Source: Campylobacterota bacterium
GTDB lineage: Bacteria > Campylobacterota > Campylobacteria > Campylobacterales > Sulfurimonadaceae
Length of the DNA stretch: 32,534 bases
Assembly: GCA_034723735.1 (NCBI GenBank)
Contig: JAYEPE010000299.1
Location: 1-32,534 of the forward strand
Direction of reading: 5' to 3'
Within the stretch, counting starts at the first letter, position 1; the number at the start of each line of letters is the position of its first letter. This document shows positions 24,311-31,911 of this stretch, in pieces. The notes below the pieces were generated by a model. That model saw nothing but the letters and a program-made list of their open reading frames with translations, ran no database searches and had not been told where the DNA came from. Both the position numbers and the translations under genes were made by a program.

Positions 24311-24862
24311 TTATAGCTCTTTAGGTTTGCTGAGCTGAGGCTTTACATGTAAGCGTACTCGTTCATATTCTGCATTTACAACATTGAGAAAATAAGATTT
24401 GTCTCCTGCAACATTATCAAAAATCCAGCTTTTTCCAAGATTGCGAATAACATCAATATCTTCAGCTTTTAAAAGAAGTTCACCTGTATTCTTATCTTTT
24501 ATTTTACTTATGTAAATCGCCTCAAAACGCTCCTGTGCAGAACCCTCAACATTCTCAGCTAAAATAATATTTTTACGGAGTTCATACATAAGATCATAAA
24601 GATGTTTAGCACTTTCATCTTCTATTTTTTGAGTTTGCTCAAAGCTTTGTGCCACTAGTGAAATCTTCTCAAAAGGATTTTTAAATTCCATACTCCCAGC
24701 AGAGAGACGACGAAAAAACTCACGATATTCAGAGCGATTGATAGATTGTGTAATATCACCAATATGTGCACGAAGATTGATATCTTCTTCAATCTTAAAA
24801 TAGTTCATAAGTGAGGTGACAAATTGGGTTTTTATAGCTGCATCATGTTGTGTTAGTGACAT
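24311..24862 (-). CDS. Hypothetical protein (183 aa), co-transcribed with the Rep_O-like gene
   Basis: Long ORF with a 1-nt gap to the downstream gene. No motif recognised. Confidence 0.5.
   Translation of the reverse strand: MSLTQHDAAIKTQFVTSLMNYFKIEEDINLRAHIGDITQSINRSEYREFFRRLSAGSMEFKNPFEKISLVAQSFEQTQKIEDESAKHLYDLMYELRKNIILAENVEGSAQERFEAIYISKIKDKNTGELLLKAEDIDVIRNLGKSWIFDNVAGDKSYFLNVVNAEYERVRLHVKPQLSKPKEL
24352..24363. repeat. Iterated palindrome copy, TTTACATGTAAG (10-mer exact)
   Basis: Inside the 183-aa hypothetical CDS (minus strand), read as L-H-V-K. Confidence 0.95.
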
Positions 24863-24932
24863 TTATCTTCTCCATTAGCGTAATGATACCAATGTTTGTA
24901 TATAATTGCGAATATTTTTTTTGGATTGGTTT

Positions 24933-25499
24933 ATGAAATATTTTAATAAAGAGACCGTTTTGTTATTGGTAGTGCTATTTATTGGACTGCTTTTGGTGCT
25001 AAAAACTGTTAAGTTTCCTACGTATGGGACGGTAAATGTTGCGATAATGCAACAAAAGGGTGCTATTAAAACGGTGGATACCCAACAAAAGCTCTCCTCC
25101 ACAAAACATATTTCAGTTGATAGTCTCAATTTCCTTGAATCACGGATTTTAGAACATCCAAATTTAGGAAAATTGGGATATACCAGTAATATCTTTTTGA
25201 AAGCTACGACTGAAATGAATGTTGAAACATCTGGAGAATATACTTTTTTTGTAACTTCTGATGATGGATTTCGACTTAAAATTGATGGAGTAGCTGTTTG
25301 TGAGCATCCAGGAGACCGTCCGATGAGAACAACGGTATGTAAGAAAATCCTCAATAAAAAGAGCCATCGTTTTGAACTTTTGTACTTTCAAGGGGGTGGA
25401 CCTATGGGCTTACATGTAAGTTATAAATTTCAAGGGGAATCATCTTCTCATTTTATTGGCGAGGCATCAAAAAATATGAGCTTTAAGGAGATTAAATGA
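24933..25499 (+). CDS. Membrane-anchored PA14-domain protein
   Basis: N-terminal TM LLLVVLFIGLLLVL, then the PA14 signature GEYTFFVTSDDGFRLKIDGVAV...HRFELLYFQGGG. ATG at 24933; the ORF-track TTG at 24906 is less likely. The stop overlaps the next start (ATGA). Confidence 0.7.
   Translation: MKYFNKETVLLLVVLFIGLLLVLKTVKFPTYGTVNVAIMQQKGAIKTVDTQQKLSSTKHISVDSLNFLESRILEHPNLGKLGYTSNIFLKATTEMNVETSGEYTFFVTSDDGFRLKIDGVAVCEHPGDRPMRTTVCKKILNKKSHRFELLYFQGGGPMGLHVSYKFQGESSSHFIGEASKNMSFKEIK
25409..25420. repeat. Iterated palindrome copy, CTTACATGTAAG (12/12)
   Basis: Inside the PA14 protein CDS, read as L-H-V-S. Confidence 0.95.
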
Positions 25500-26956
25500 T
25501 CAGTAGATTATCCTCAGAGCATAAAGAGCTTTTAACTTATATTTTTGCTGTTTTAATTATTGCTGCAAGCACATATATTTTTAATTACTATAACCCTGCA
25601 TCTGTCTTTTGGGATGAAAACTATCATATTGCATCAGCACAGAAATATCTTGCTGGCGTCATGTATATGGAGCCACATCCTCCTCTTGGCAAGCTTTTTA
25701 TTGCTCTAGGTGAACTGATTTTAAATCCTAATGAGGGGATAGATACAGCATATTTTTTAGATACAAATTATATAAAAAAATTTCCTGAAGGCTACTCTTT
25801 TGCGGGAATGAGACTATTTCCTACGCTTTTTGGAGGCGCTTCTGCTGCGCTGTTTTTCTTGATTTTGTATCGCTTTTCACGCCAAATGCAGTTGTCATTT
25901 CTTTTTACATCTTTTTATCTTTTTGCCAATGCTTTTATCCTTCAAAGTCGTTCTGCAATGCTTGAATCAACACAGATGTTTTTTATCTTTGCAGCGATTT
26001 TATGGTTTGCAATTATTTTTGATAAAGAACATAAATCTTATCGAGATTATTTTATTTTAGGTCTTTTTATTGGTTTGGCTACAGCGGTGAAGCTTAATGG
26101 ACTTATATTGATACTTCTGTATCCATTTTTATATTTTTACCGTGTAGAAGCATTAAGTATTTTCTTGCATGTAAAGCAATTTCTTTTGCAAGGGCTGACT
26201 GTAGTAGCAGGCTTGATACTTGTTTTTATGGCAGTATTTTATATGCATTTCACCTTAGCAGATACCATGGGCGTTAAGTCGTATAAGGCATCACCTGAAT
26301 ATAAACAGATTATTAAAGATAAGGCAACAGCTAACCCTCTACATTTTTCTGTAATGATGATGGATAATTTGAATTATATCAAAGACTATAGTAAAACAGT
26401 TCCACGATATAACCCCTGCAAAAAAGTAGAAAATGGTTCTTTAGCCGCGACATGGCCATTTGGAAACAAGAGTATTAATTATCGCTGGGGTAAAAAAGAT
26501 GGAAAAGTCAGCTATCTTTATTTACAGATAAATCCAATGATATGGTTTAGTGTTGTATTTGCAATGATTATGGCCTTTGCAATGATAATTTCAAAGTTTA
26601 TTTTTGGCTTACATGTAAAGGAGAAACGACTCTTTTATTTGATTAGTACTTTTAGTGCAATGTACGCTTCATATATGATTACGATGTTTAATATTGAACG
26701 TGTGATGTATCTATACCACTATTTTATTGCTCTATTTTTTGGTGTATTTGTACTTTTTCTACTGTTTAATTATCTATTTAAAGATGCAATTGAAAAAGAG
26801 AGTAAAGTACTTAATATCGCAGTGATTATATTGGTTCTTGAAGTGATCTACTGCTATTATTATTTTGCACCGTTTACCTATTATAAGCCACTTACAACGA
26901 TGGAGTTTTTTGATAGACAGTGGTTCGACTTTTGGAAGTTAAAGCCGATACTCTAA
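25496..26956 (+). CDS. GT-C glycosyltransferase of the PMT/GT39 (protein O-mannosyltransferase-like) type
   Basis: The first-loop motifs WDENYH (the DE catalytic motif; compare FDEVHF in Pmt proteins) and EPHPPLGKLFIALG (compare HPPLAK/HPPLGK) are followed by more than 10 TM helices. Confidence 0.7.
   Translation: MISRLSSEHKELLTYIFAVLIIAASTYIFNYYNPASVFWDENYHIASAQKYLAGVMYMEPHPPLGKLFIALGELILNPNEGIDTAYFLDTNYIKKFPEGYSFAGMRLFPTLFGGASAALFFLILYRFSRQMQLSFLFTSFYLFANAFILQSRSAMLESTQMFFIFAAILWFAIIFDKEHKSYRDYFILGLFIGLATAVKLNGLILILLYPFLYFYRVEALSIFLHVKQFLLQGLTVVAGLILVFMAVFYMHFTLADTMGVKSYKASPEYKQIIKDKATANPLHFSVMMMDNLNYIKDYSKTVPRYNPCKKVENGSLAATWPFGNKSINYRWGKKDGKVSYLYLQINPMIWFSVVFAMIMAFAMIISKFIFGLHVKEKRLFYLISTFSAMYASYMITMFNIERVMYLYHYFIALFFGVFVLFLLFNYLFKDAIEKESKVLNIAVIILVLEVIYCYYYFAPFTYYKPLTTMEFFDRQWFDFWKLKPIL
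26608..26619. repeat. Iterated palindrome copy, CTTACATGTAAA (10-mer exact)
   Basis: Inside the GT39-like CDS, read as L-H-V-K. Confidence 0.95.
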
Positions 26957-26957
26957 G

Positions 26958-27332
26958 ATGAGTCAAGTTACGAAATTTTTATTTCTTGGAGTGCTTTCAA
27001 CAGGAGTAGATTATCTAATGTACTCCTTGCTTATTTTGCTTTGTATTGACTATGTTATTGCGATTGTAGTAGGCTACAGCGCAGGTCTAATTGTTAATTA
27101 TCATATTGGACGTCAGTATATTTTTACCTCAGGGACAAAGTTAAAAAACACGCATCGTGAATTTATTGCGGTAGTTTTAATTGCTATTGTGGGAATGTTA
27201 TTAAATATAGCCATTGTGAAAGTATTAAGTTATTCTTTTTGGGATATCGACCCTTTGTATTCGCGAATTGCTGCAATTGGTTTTGTCTTTTTTTGGAACT
27301 ATTTTTTACGTAAAATTTTTATTTATCATTAA
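26958..27332 (+). CDS. gtrA: GtrA-family membrane protein (polyprenyl-phosphate-sugar translocation associated)
   Basis: 124 aa with 4 TM helices. The N-terminus FLFLGVLSTGVDYLMY and the C-terminus FFWNYFLRKIFIY are typical of GtrA-like proteins. Confidence 0.75.
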   Translation: MSQVTKFLFLGVLSTGVDYLMYSLLILLCIDYVIAIVVGYSAGLIVNYHIGRQYIFTSGTKLKNTHREFIAVVLIAIVGMLLNIAIVKVLSYSFWDIDPLYSRIAAIGFVFFWNYFLRKIFIYH

Positions 27333-27350
27333 GTTAAGAGGTACTAGTAT

Positions 27351-29192
27351 ATGTTGAAAAAAAATAAAGTTTATTTACTCTCTATCGTGGGGTCACTTCT
27401 ATTTATTGTCTTTTTTACTTTATTTCATCGAGTAGAAATTTATGATTGCTCTGTGATACATTCTAATACAGAAAATAAGAGTATTACACTTCCATTTTCA
27501 CAACAAAGTTCTGGCAATCATGATTACATCTATCAATGTAGTGTAAAATCTCCTTTTTCTCAAACAGTAAAAATAGGCATTGCCGTTGATGACCGTTTAG
27601 ATAGTTTAATGTTGAACGAGGAGAGTATTTCTCTTGATTATATGCAGACCCTTTATGCACAAGAAGCTTTAGATGATTGGAAACGAGGATATCCTTTTGA
27701 TTTATCATTAAATAAGGGTCTTAATACAATTCAGGTAACTGGCAATGATAAGGGTGGAAAATTTGGTTTTCGGATGGCACAAAGCTTAGATTATATTGAA
27801 TATATTTTACTTTTTATTTTTGGTATTATTCCTCTTCTTTTTGGTCTTTATTTTTTGATTTTCGATCTTATTTTTGAGAGTGATTATAAACAAATACCTT
27901 ATAAGTTCTCTTGGAGTCATCTTCCCTATTTTATTATTGTTTTAGGTATTATATTAAGAATTTATCTTCTGGTGTCTGTACCAAATACGATGTATCAACA
28001 TGATTTTTCTGGGCATGTTAATGCCATCAAGCACTATGCTGAATTTCCATTTGAGATTCCGCAGGCAGATAAGAGCTTACAGTTCCCACAGCAACCACTG
28101 TATTATATGAGCAGTGCTATTGTTTACAGTATCTCTACAGCACTAGGATTTAGTGAATATGATGCTATTTATGCTGTACGTTCGATGTCAGTGTTCTATG
28201 CTGCTTTATGGCTTGTATTGTCCTTGGCCTTAGCGCGATTATATCTTATCAATAACTTTAGTATCAATATCTTTATGGCTTTTATGGCATTTACACCCTC
28301 TTTCATCTTTTTAGGTGCAGTAGTAAATAATGATGCACTTAATGCCGTGTTAGGCATTTGGGCACTTTATGAAATTTCAGCTTATGTTTTAAATCGATAT
28401 CCCAAGCATTTTTGGCGTGCTTCTTTAGCGGTTTTATTGGCGGCATTGACAAAAATTTCATCTCTTCTCTTTGCTATCTATTTTGTAGTGATGTTGTTGG
28501 TGATGTATTATCAATACAAGGATAATAAAGTGATATTAAAGCGTCAAATATTACTTTTTGGACTGGGAGTACTTTTTATCTTTGGTTTTGCACTTTTAAA
28601 ATCACATGTACCCGCAAATCAAGAATTTCTGTTTGTTAATAGTGCACTTTATGCAAGACAGATACTTCCAACTTTTGATCTTAATTATTTTATGTCATTT
28701 TATTGGTTTGATTTAATTAAAGAGGGACAATCTTATGTTTTTGGGAGTAATACAATTCGATATTCACTACCAACATATTTCTATGGAACAATGCTAAGTG
28801 GAGAGTTTGAAATTGTTCGTTATTTTAAAGCGGGTGAATATTTTAAAATAGCATCACAGTTACTCTACGTTCTTGGTATTATTTATGTTATAGGATTTTT
28901 AAGTTATTTTTATTTTTTCAAGAGATTAACGAGAATTCAAAAGTTTTTGCTTCTGCCTGTCCTTATTAATGCTATATTGATTATAAAATTTTTATCTGAT
29001 TATTGGGTTGTCTGTAATTCTGATTTTAGATACTTTACACCTGTATTAGCAGCTATAGGATTAATCTTTGTTTTGGGTCTTAATGCATTGAAAAATAGGT
29101 ACGCATGGCTAATGAAGCCTATTAGTATTATAGCGATACTGCTTGTAGTTATTGAAATTTATTGGATGGTGAAACTTATTGAAAAAACTTAA
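27351..29192 (+). CDS. Large polytopic membrane protein, probably a second GT-C (ArnT/PMT_2-like) glycosyltransferase, with an N-terminal periplasmic beta-rich domain
   Basis: 613 aa: one TM, an about 115-aa soluble domain, then about 12 TM helices. The first periplasmic loop (MYQHDFSGHVNAIKHY...FPQQPLYY) and the overall topology resemble GT-C enzymes. No strict motif match. Confidence 0.5.
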   Translation: MLKKNKVYLLSIVGSLLFIVFFTLFHRVEIYDCSVIHSNTENKSITLPFSQQSSGNHDYIYQCSVKSPFSQTVKIGIAVDDRLDSLMLNEESISLDYMQTLYAQEALDDWKRGYPFDLSLNKGLNTIQVTGNDKGGKFGFRMAQSLDYIEYILLFIFGIIPLLFGLYFLIFDLIFESDYKQIPYKFSWSHLPYFIIVLGIILRIYLLVSVPNTMYQHDFSGHVNAIKHYAEFPFEIPQADKSLQFPQQPLYYMSSAIVYSISTALGFSEYDAIYAVRSMSVFYAALWLVLSLALARLYLINNFSINIFMAFMAFTPSFIFLGAVVNNDALNAVLGIWALYEISAYVLNRYPKHFWRASLAVLLAALTKISSLLFAIYFVVMLLVMYYQYKDNKVILKRQILLFGLGVLFIFGFALLKSHVPANQEFLFVNSALYARQILPTFDLNYFMSFYWFDLIKEGQSYVFGSNTIRYSLPTYFYGTMLSGEFEIVRYFKAGEYFKIASQLLYVLGIIYVIGFLSYFYFFKRLTRIQKFLLLPVLINAILIIKFLSDYWVVCNSDFRYFTPVLAAIGLIFVLGLNALKNRYAWLMKPISIIAILLVVIEIYWMVKLIEKT

Positions 29193-30121
29193 ACTGTTTT
29201 TTCAATAATGTAGCGTGGACGCTCTTTGGTTTCCATATAAATTTTCCCAATATACTCTCCTACGATACCGATAGAGAGCACTTGAATACCTCCAATAAAA
29301 TAGATAGGAAGTACAGTTGAAGCCCAACCAGGAACGGCTTCTTCACTAAACAGTTTGACTCCTAATACCCAAGTACTCATCATAAGTGTAGCTATGAAAA
29401 TTAAAAAACCTGTCGCTGTAATAAATCGTAATGGCATGACTGAAAAAGAGGTAACACCATCCCAAGCAAAAGAGAGCATTTTCTTGAGTGGATATTTGGA
29501 TTCACCTGCAAAACGTTCTGCGCGATCATAATAAACACTGCTGCTCTTAAATCCCACAAGAGGTACCATAGCACGAAGAAAAAGATTGACTTCTTTGAAT
29601 TTTTTTAGTTCTTCAATAGCACGACGACTCGTAAGGCGGTAATCAGCGTGGTTAAAAACAATATCAACACCCATAAGATGCATTAATTTATAAAAACCTT
29701 CTGCTGTAGCACGCTTAAAGGCTGTATCTGTTGTGCGTTCTTTTCTTACAGCGTAAACAATATCATTATTATCATTGTAGCTATCAATCATCTCTTCAAT
29801 AATCTCAATATCATCTTGCAAATCTGCATCTATACTAATAACGATATCACCTTCAACTGTGAAGAGACCTGCAAGTAAGGCGTTTTGATGTCCACGGTTT
29901 CTTGAGAGTTTGATACCACTTACATGTAAGTATTTAGATGAGAGTTCCTCGATGATACTCCATGTCTTATCTTTGCTTCCATCATCAACAAAACAGATAC
30001 GACTTGTATCGTCTATCTTTTTATTTGCTATGAGTTTTTCAAAAAGTGCTAAGAGACGTGATGAAGTTTCGTTAAGAACCTCTTCTTCATTGTAGCTAGG
30101 TAGAACGATAGTAAGTTGCAT
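29189..30121 (-). CDS. gtrB: GT2 polyprenyl-phosphate glycosyltransferase (GtrB/ArnC/DPM1-like)
   Basis: IVLPSYNEEE, VDDGSKDKT, SRNRGHQ, the DADLQD (DxD) motif and two C-terminal TM helices. The SD AGGA follows 9 nt after the gspF stop. Confidence 0.85.
   Translation of the reverse strand: MQLTIVLPSYNEEEVLNETSSRLLALFEKLIANKKIDDTSRICFVDDGSKDKTWSIIEELSSKYLHVSGIKLSRNRGHQNALLAGLFTVEGDIVISIDADLQDDIEIIEEMIDSYNDNNDIVYAVRKERTTDTAFKRATAEGFYKLMHLMGVDIVFNHADYRLTSRRAIEELKKFKEVNLFLRAMVPLVGFKSSSVYYDRAERFAGESKYPLKKMLSFAWDGVTSFSVMPLRFITATGFLIFIATLMMSTWVLGVKLFSEEAVPGWASTVLPIYFIGGIQVLSIGIVGEYIGKIYMETKERPRYIIEKTV
29919..29930. repeat. Iterated palindrome copy, CTTACATGTAAG (12/12)
   Basis: Inside the gtrB-like CDS (minus strand), read as L-H-V-S. 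Confidence 0.95.
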
Positions 30122-30130
30122 TTTTATCCT

Positions 30131-31348
30131 TTAACCAATATTCATAGAGAATATCGGAAGTAACATTGCTGAGACAATAAAGCCGATAATACCACCAACA
30201 ACAAGCATCAGCGCAGGTTCAAGTAGTGATAAAAAGAGTGCAATTTTATCTTTATTATCTTCAAAATAGAGATCTGAGAGATTTTGTAAGATTGAAGATA
30301 CTTCACTTGTCTCTTCACCTAATGCAATAGCTTGGACAAAAGAGGTGTCAATCTTATATCCTCCGCCTTTAAGAAGGGCATTAGAAAACTTAGAACCCTC
30401 AACAACACGCTGTGCGGCATCTGTGAATTTTCTCTTAATTACACTGTTTTTGACAATATTGGCAGCAAGATTGGCAGTTTGCACAAAAGGAACTCCAGAG
30501 CGAATCAAAACAGAAGATATATATGAAAAGCGCCCAAGTTCAGATGTTTGAATAATAGGACCGAAGAAAGGTATTTTGAGCATAAAAAGATCTACAGCGT
30601 ATTTAAATTTAGGATTAAATTTCATTAGTAAAGAAAATGATGTGACAAAAATTGTAATTGCAATAGCCATAATCATCCAATGTTCAGTGAAAAAGTCTCC
30701 TAAATTAATAACAAACTGAGTAATCCCAGGAAGTTCTTGCCCTAATTGTTCAAAGATGCTTGTGATTTTTGGTACTACAAAGGTTATCATAAAAGCAACC
30801 ATAAACAGTGATACTACAATAATAAAACCAGGATAAGCAAAAGCATTTTGTATCTGCTTATTGACGCGATCTTGCTCTTTTAGAAAAACTGAAAGTTCTA
30901 ATAAAACCTCTTGCATAATACCACTATTTTCAGAAACTTTAATTGACTGTTTATAAAAATCAGGAAGATTAAGAATAGATTGTGTTTCAAGTGCTTGATG
31001 GAAGCTTTTACCTTCATCAAGATGAGTGATTATTGTAGCAATAAAGCTTGATAATGTTTTGTTTTGGACATATTGATTTTGAGCTAAGCGTAGCGCATTA
31101 ACTATGGATATTCCTGCTTTAAGATAGATAGAAAGATCACGACTCATGGTCGCTAGCTCTTTGGACTTAATAGTTTTCTTTCTTTTTAATGAAATATTAG
31201 AAAAAACTGTACTGTTTTCTTCCGAAACACTAGTATAATAAATCTGTTTTGCACGGAGCCTTTTTTTTGCATCTTCAAGATGGTCTGCTTCGATAAGCCC
31301 TTTGCTTTTAGAACCATCGCTTAAAAGTCCTTTGTATTTAAAGACCAT
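30131..31348 (-). CDS. gspF: Type II secretion / type IV pilus platform protein (GspF/PilC family)
   Basis: 405 aa with a duplicated T2SS_F architecture: two cytoplasmic helical domains, each followed by TM segments. The C-terminus is EPALMLVVGGIIGFIVSAMLLPIFSM. Confidence 0.85.
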   Translation of the reverse strand: MVFKYKGLLSDGSKSKGLIEADHLEDAKKRLRAKQIYYTSVSEENSTVFSNISLKRKKTIKSKELATMSRDLSIYLKAGISIVNALRLAQNQYVQNKTLSSFIATIITHLDEGKSFHQALETQSILNLPDFYKQSIKVSENSGIMQEVLLELSVFLKEQDRVNKQIQNAFAYPGFIIVVSLFMVAFMITFVVPKITSIFEQLGQELPGITQFVINLGDFFTEHWMIMAIAITIFVTSFSLLMKFNPKFKYAVDLFMLKIPFFGPIIQTSELGRFSYISSVLIRSGVPFVQTANLAANIVKNSVIKRKFTDAAQRVVEGSKFSNALLKGGGYKIDTSFVQAIALGEETSEVSSILQNLSDLYFEDNKDKIALFLSLLEPALMLVVGGIIGFIVSAMLLPIFSMNIG

Positions 31349-31356
31349 AATGCTCC

Positions 31357-31911
31357 TTAGTGGTCATAATCACGAGTATCACTCGGAAGTAATTCAGAGT
31401 TATCAAAAAAAGCTGTTACATCTGAAAAAGATTTGCTTACTGCTACAGGTTTCATATATGGATCAAAAAGATAATATTTTTCATCATTTTCTACAGCATA
31501 GTGAGAACTACTTTTATTATTAAAAAGTGAAAACTTAAAACAGACATTATTGATAGCATGATTTTTATCTATTAGAGGTAAAAAAGTGATAGTACGAATC
31601 TGTCCAAAAGTGTCGGGAAAATAGATATTTGGAGAACTTGTAAATAATGAAAACCCCTTCTCATCAGCTTTTTTCCCATCAAGATAGACATGACACTCTT
31701 TACAAGGTTCTAAGCAGATAATTTCTGCTTTACGTTTATAGGGTAAATCAGCTAAAAAAGTTTTTATATTTTTCAGTGTGAGCTTATCTGTATTTGCAAG
31801 AGGGGGCTTTGTAAGCTTATGTACAAAAACTCCATATAAAATACCTATTAAAAGAACTACAATAAGTAGTTCAAAAAGAGTAAATGCCCTACTGTTTGAT
31901 ACAGTTGGCAT
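31357..31911 (-). CDS. Prepilin-type N-terminal methylation-motif protein (atypical pseudopilin)
   Basis: AFTLFELLIVVLLIGILYGV is a class III signal/methylation motif (Ala at -1, Glu at +5). ATG at 31911 gives a 9-aa leader; the ORF track extends to GTG 31959. The C-terminal domain has no recognisable family. Confidence 0.6.
   Translation of the reverse strand: MPTVSNSRAFTLFELLIVVLLIGILYGVFVHKLTKPPLANTDKLTLKNIKTFLADLPYKRKAEIICLEPCKECHVYLDGKKADEKGFSLFTSSPNIYFPDTFGQIRTITFLPLIDKNHAINNVCFKFSLFNNKSSSHYAVENDEKYYLFDPYMKPVAVSKSFSDVTAFFDNSELLPSDTRDYDH

Noticed and set aside
786-29929. Explaining the palindrome as an amino-acid motif (a shared LHVS/LTCK functional peptide), as a transcription-factor regulon site, or as a mobile MITE.
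   Set aside because: The host proteins are unrelated, and the peptide falls at arbitrary positions: a signal peptide, a zinc ribbon, catalytic domains and TM loops. Thirteen of 16 copies are intragenic, which argues against operator function. The conserved unit is only 10-14 bp with no flanking repeat or target duplication, which is too small for a MITE.
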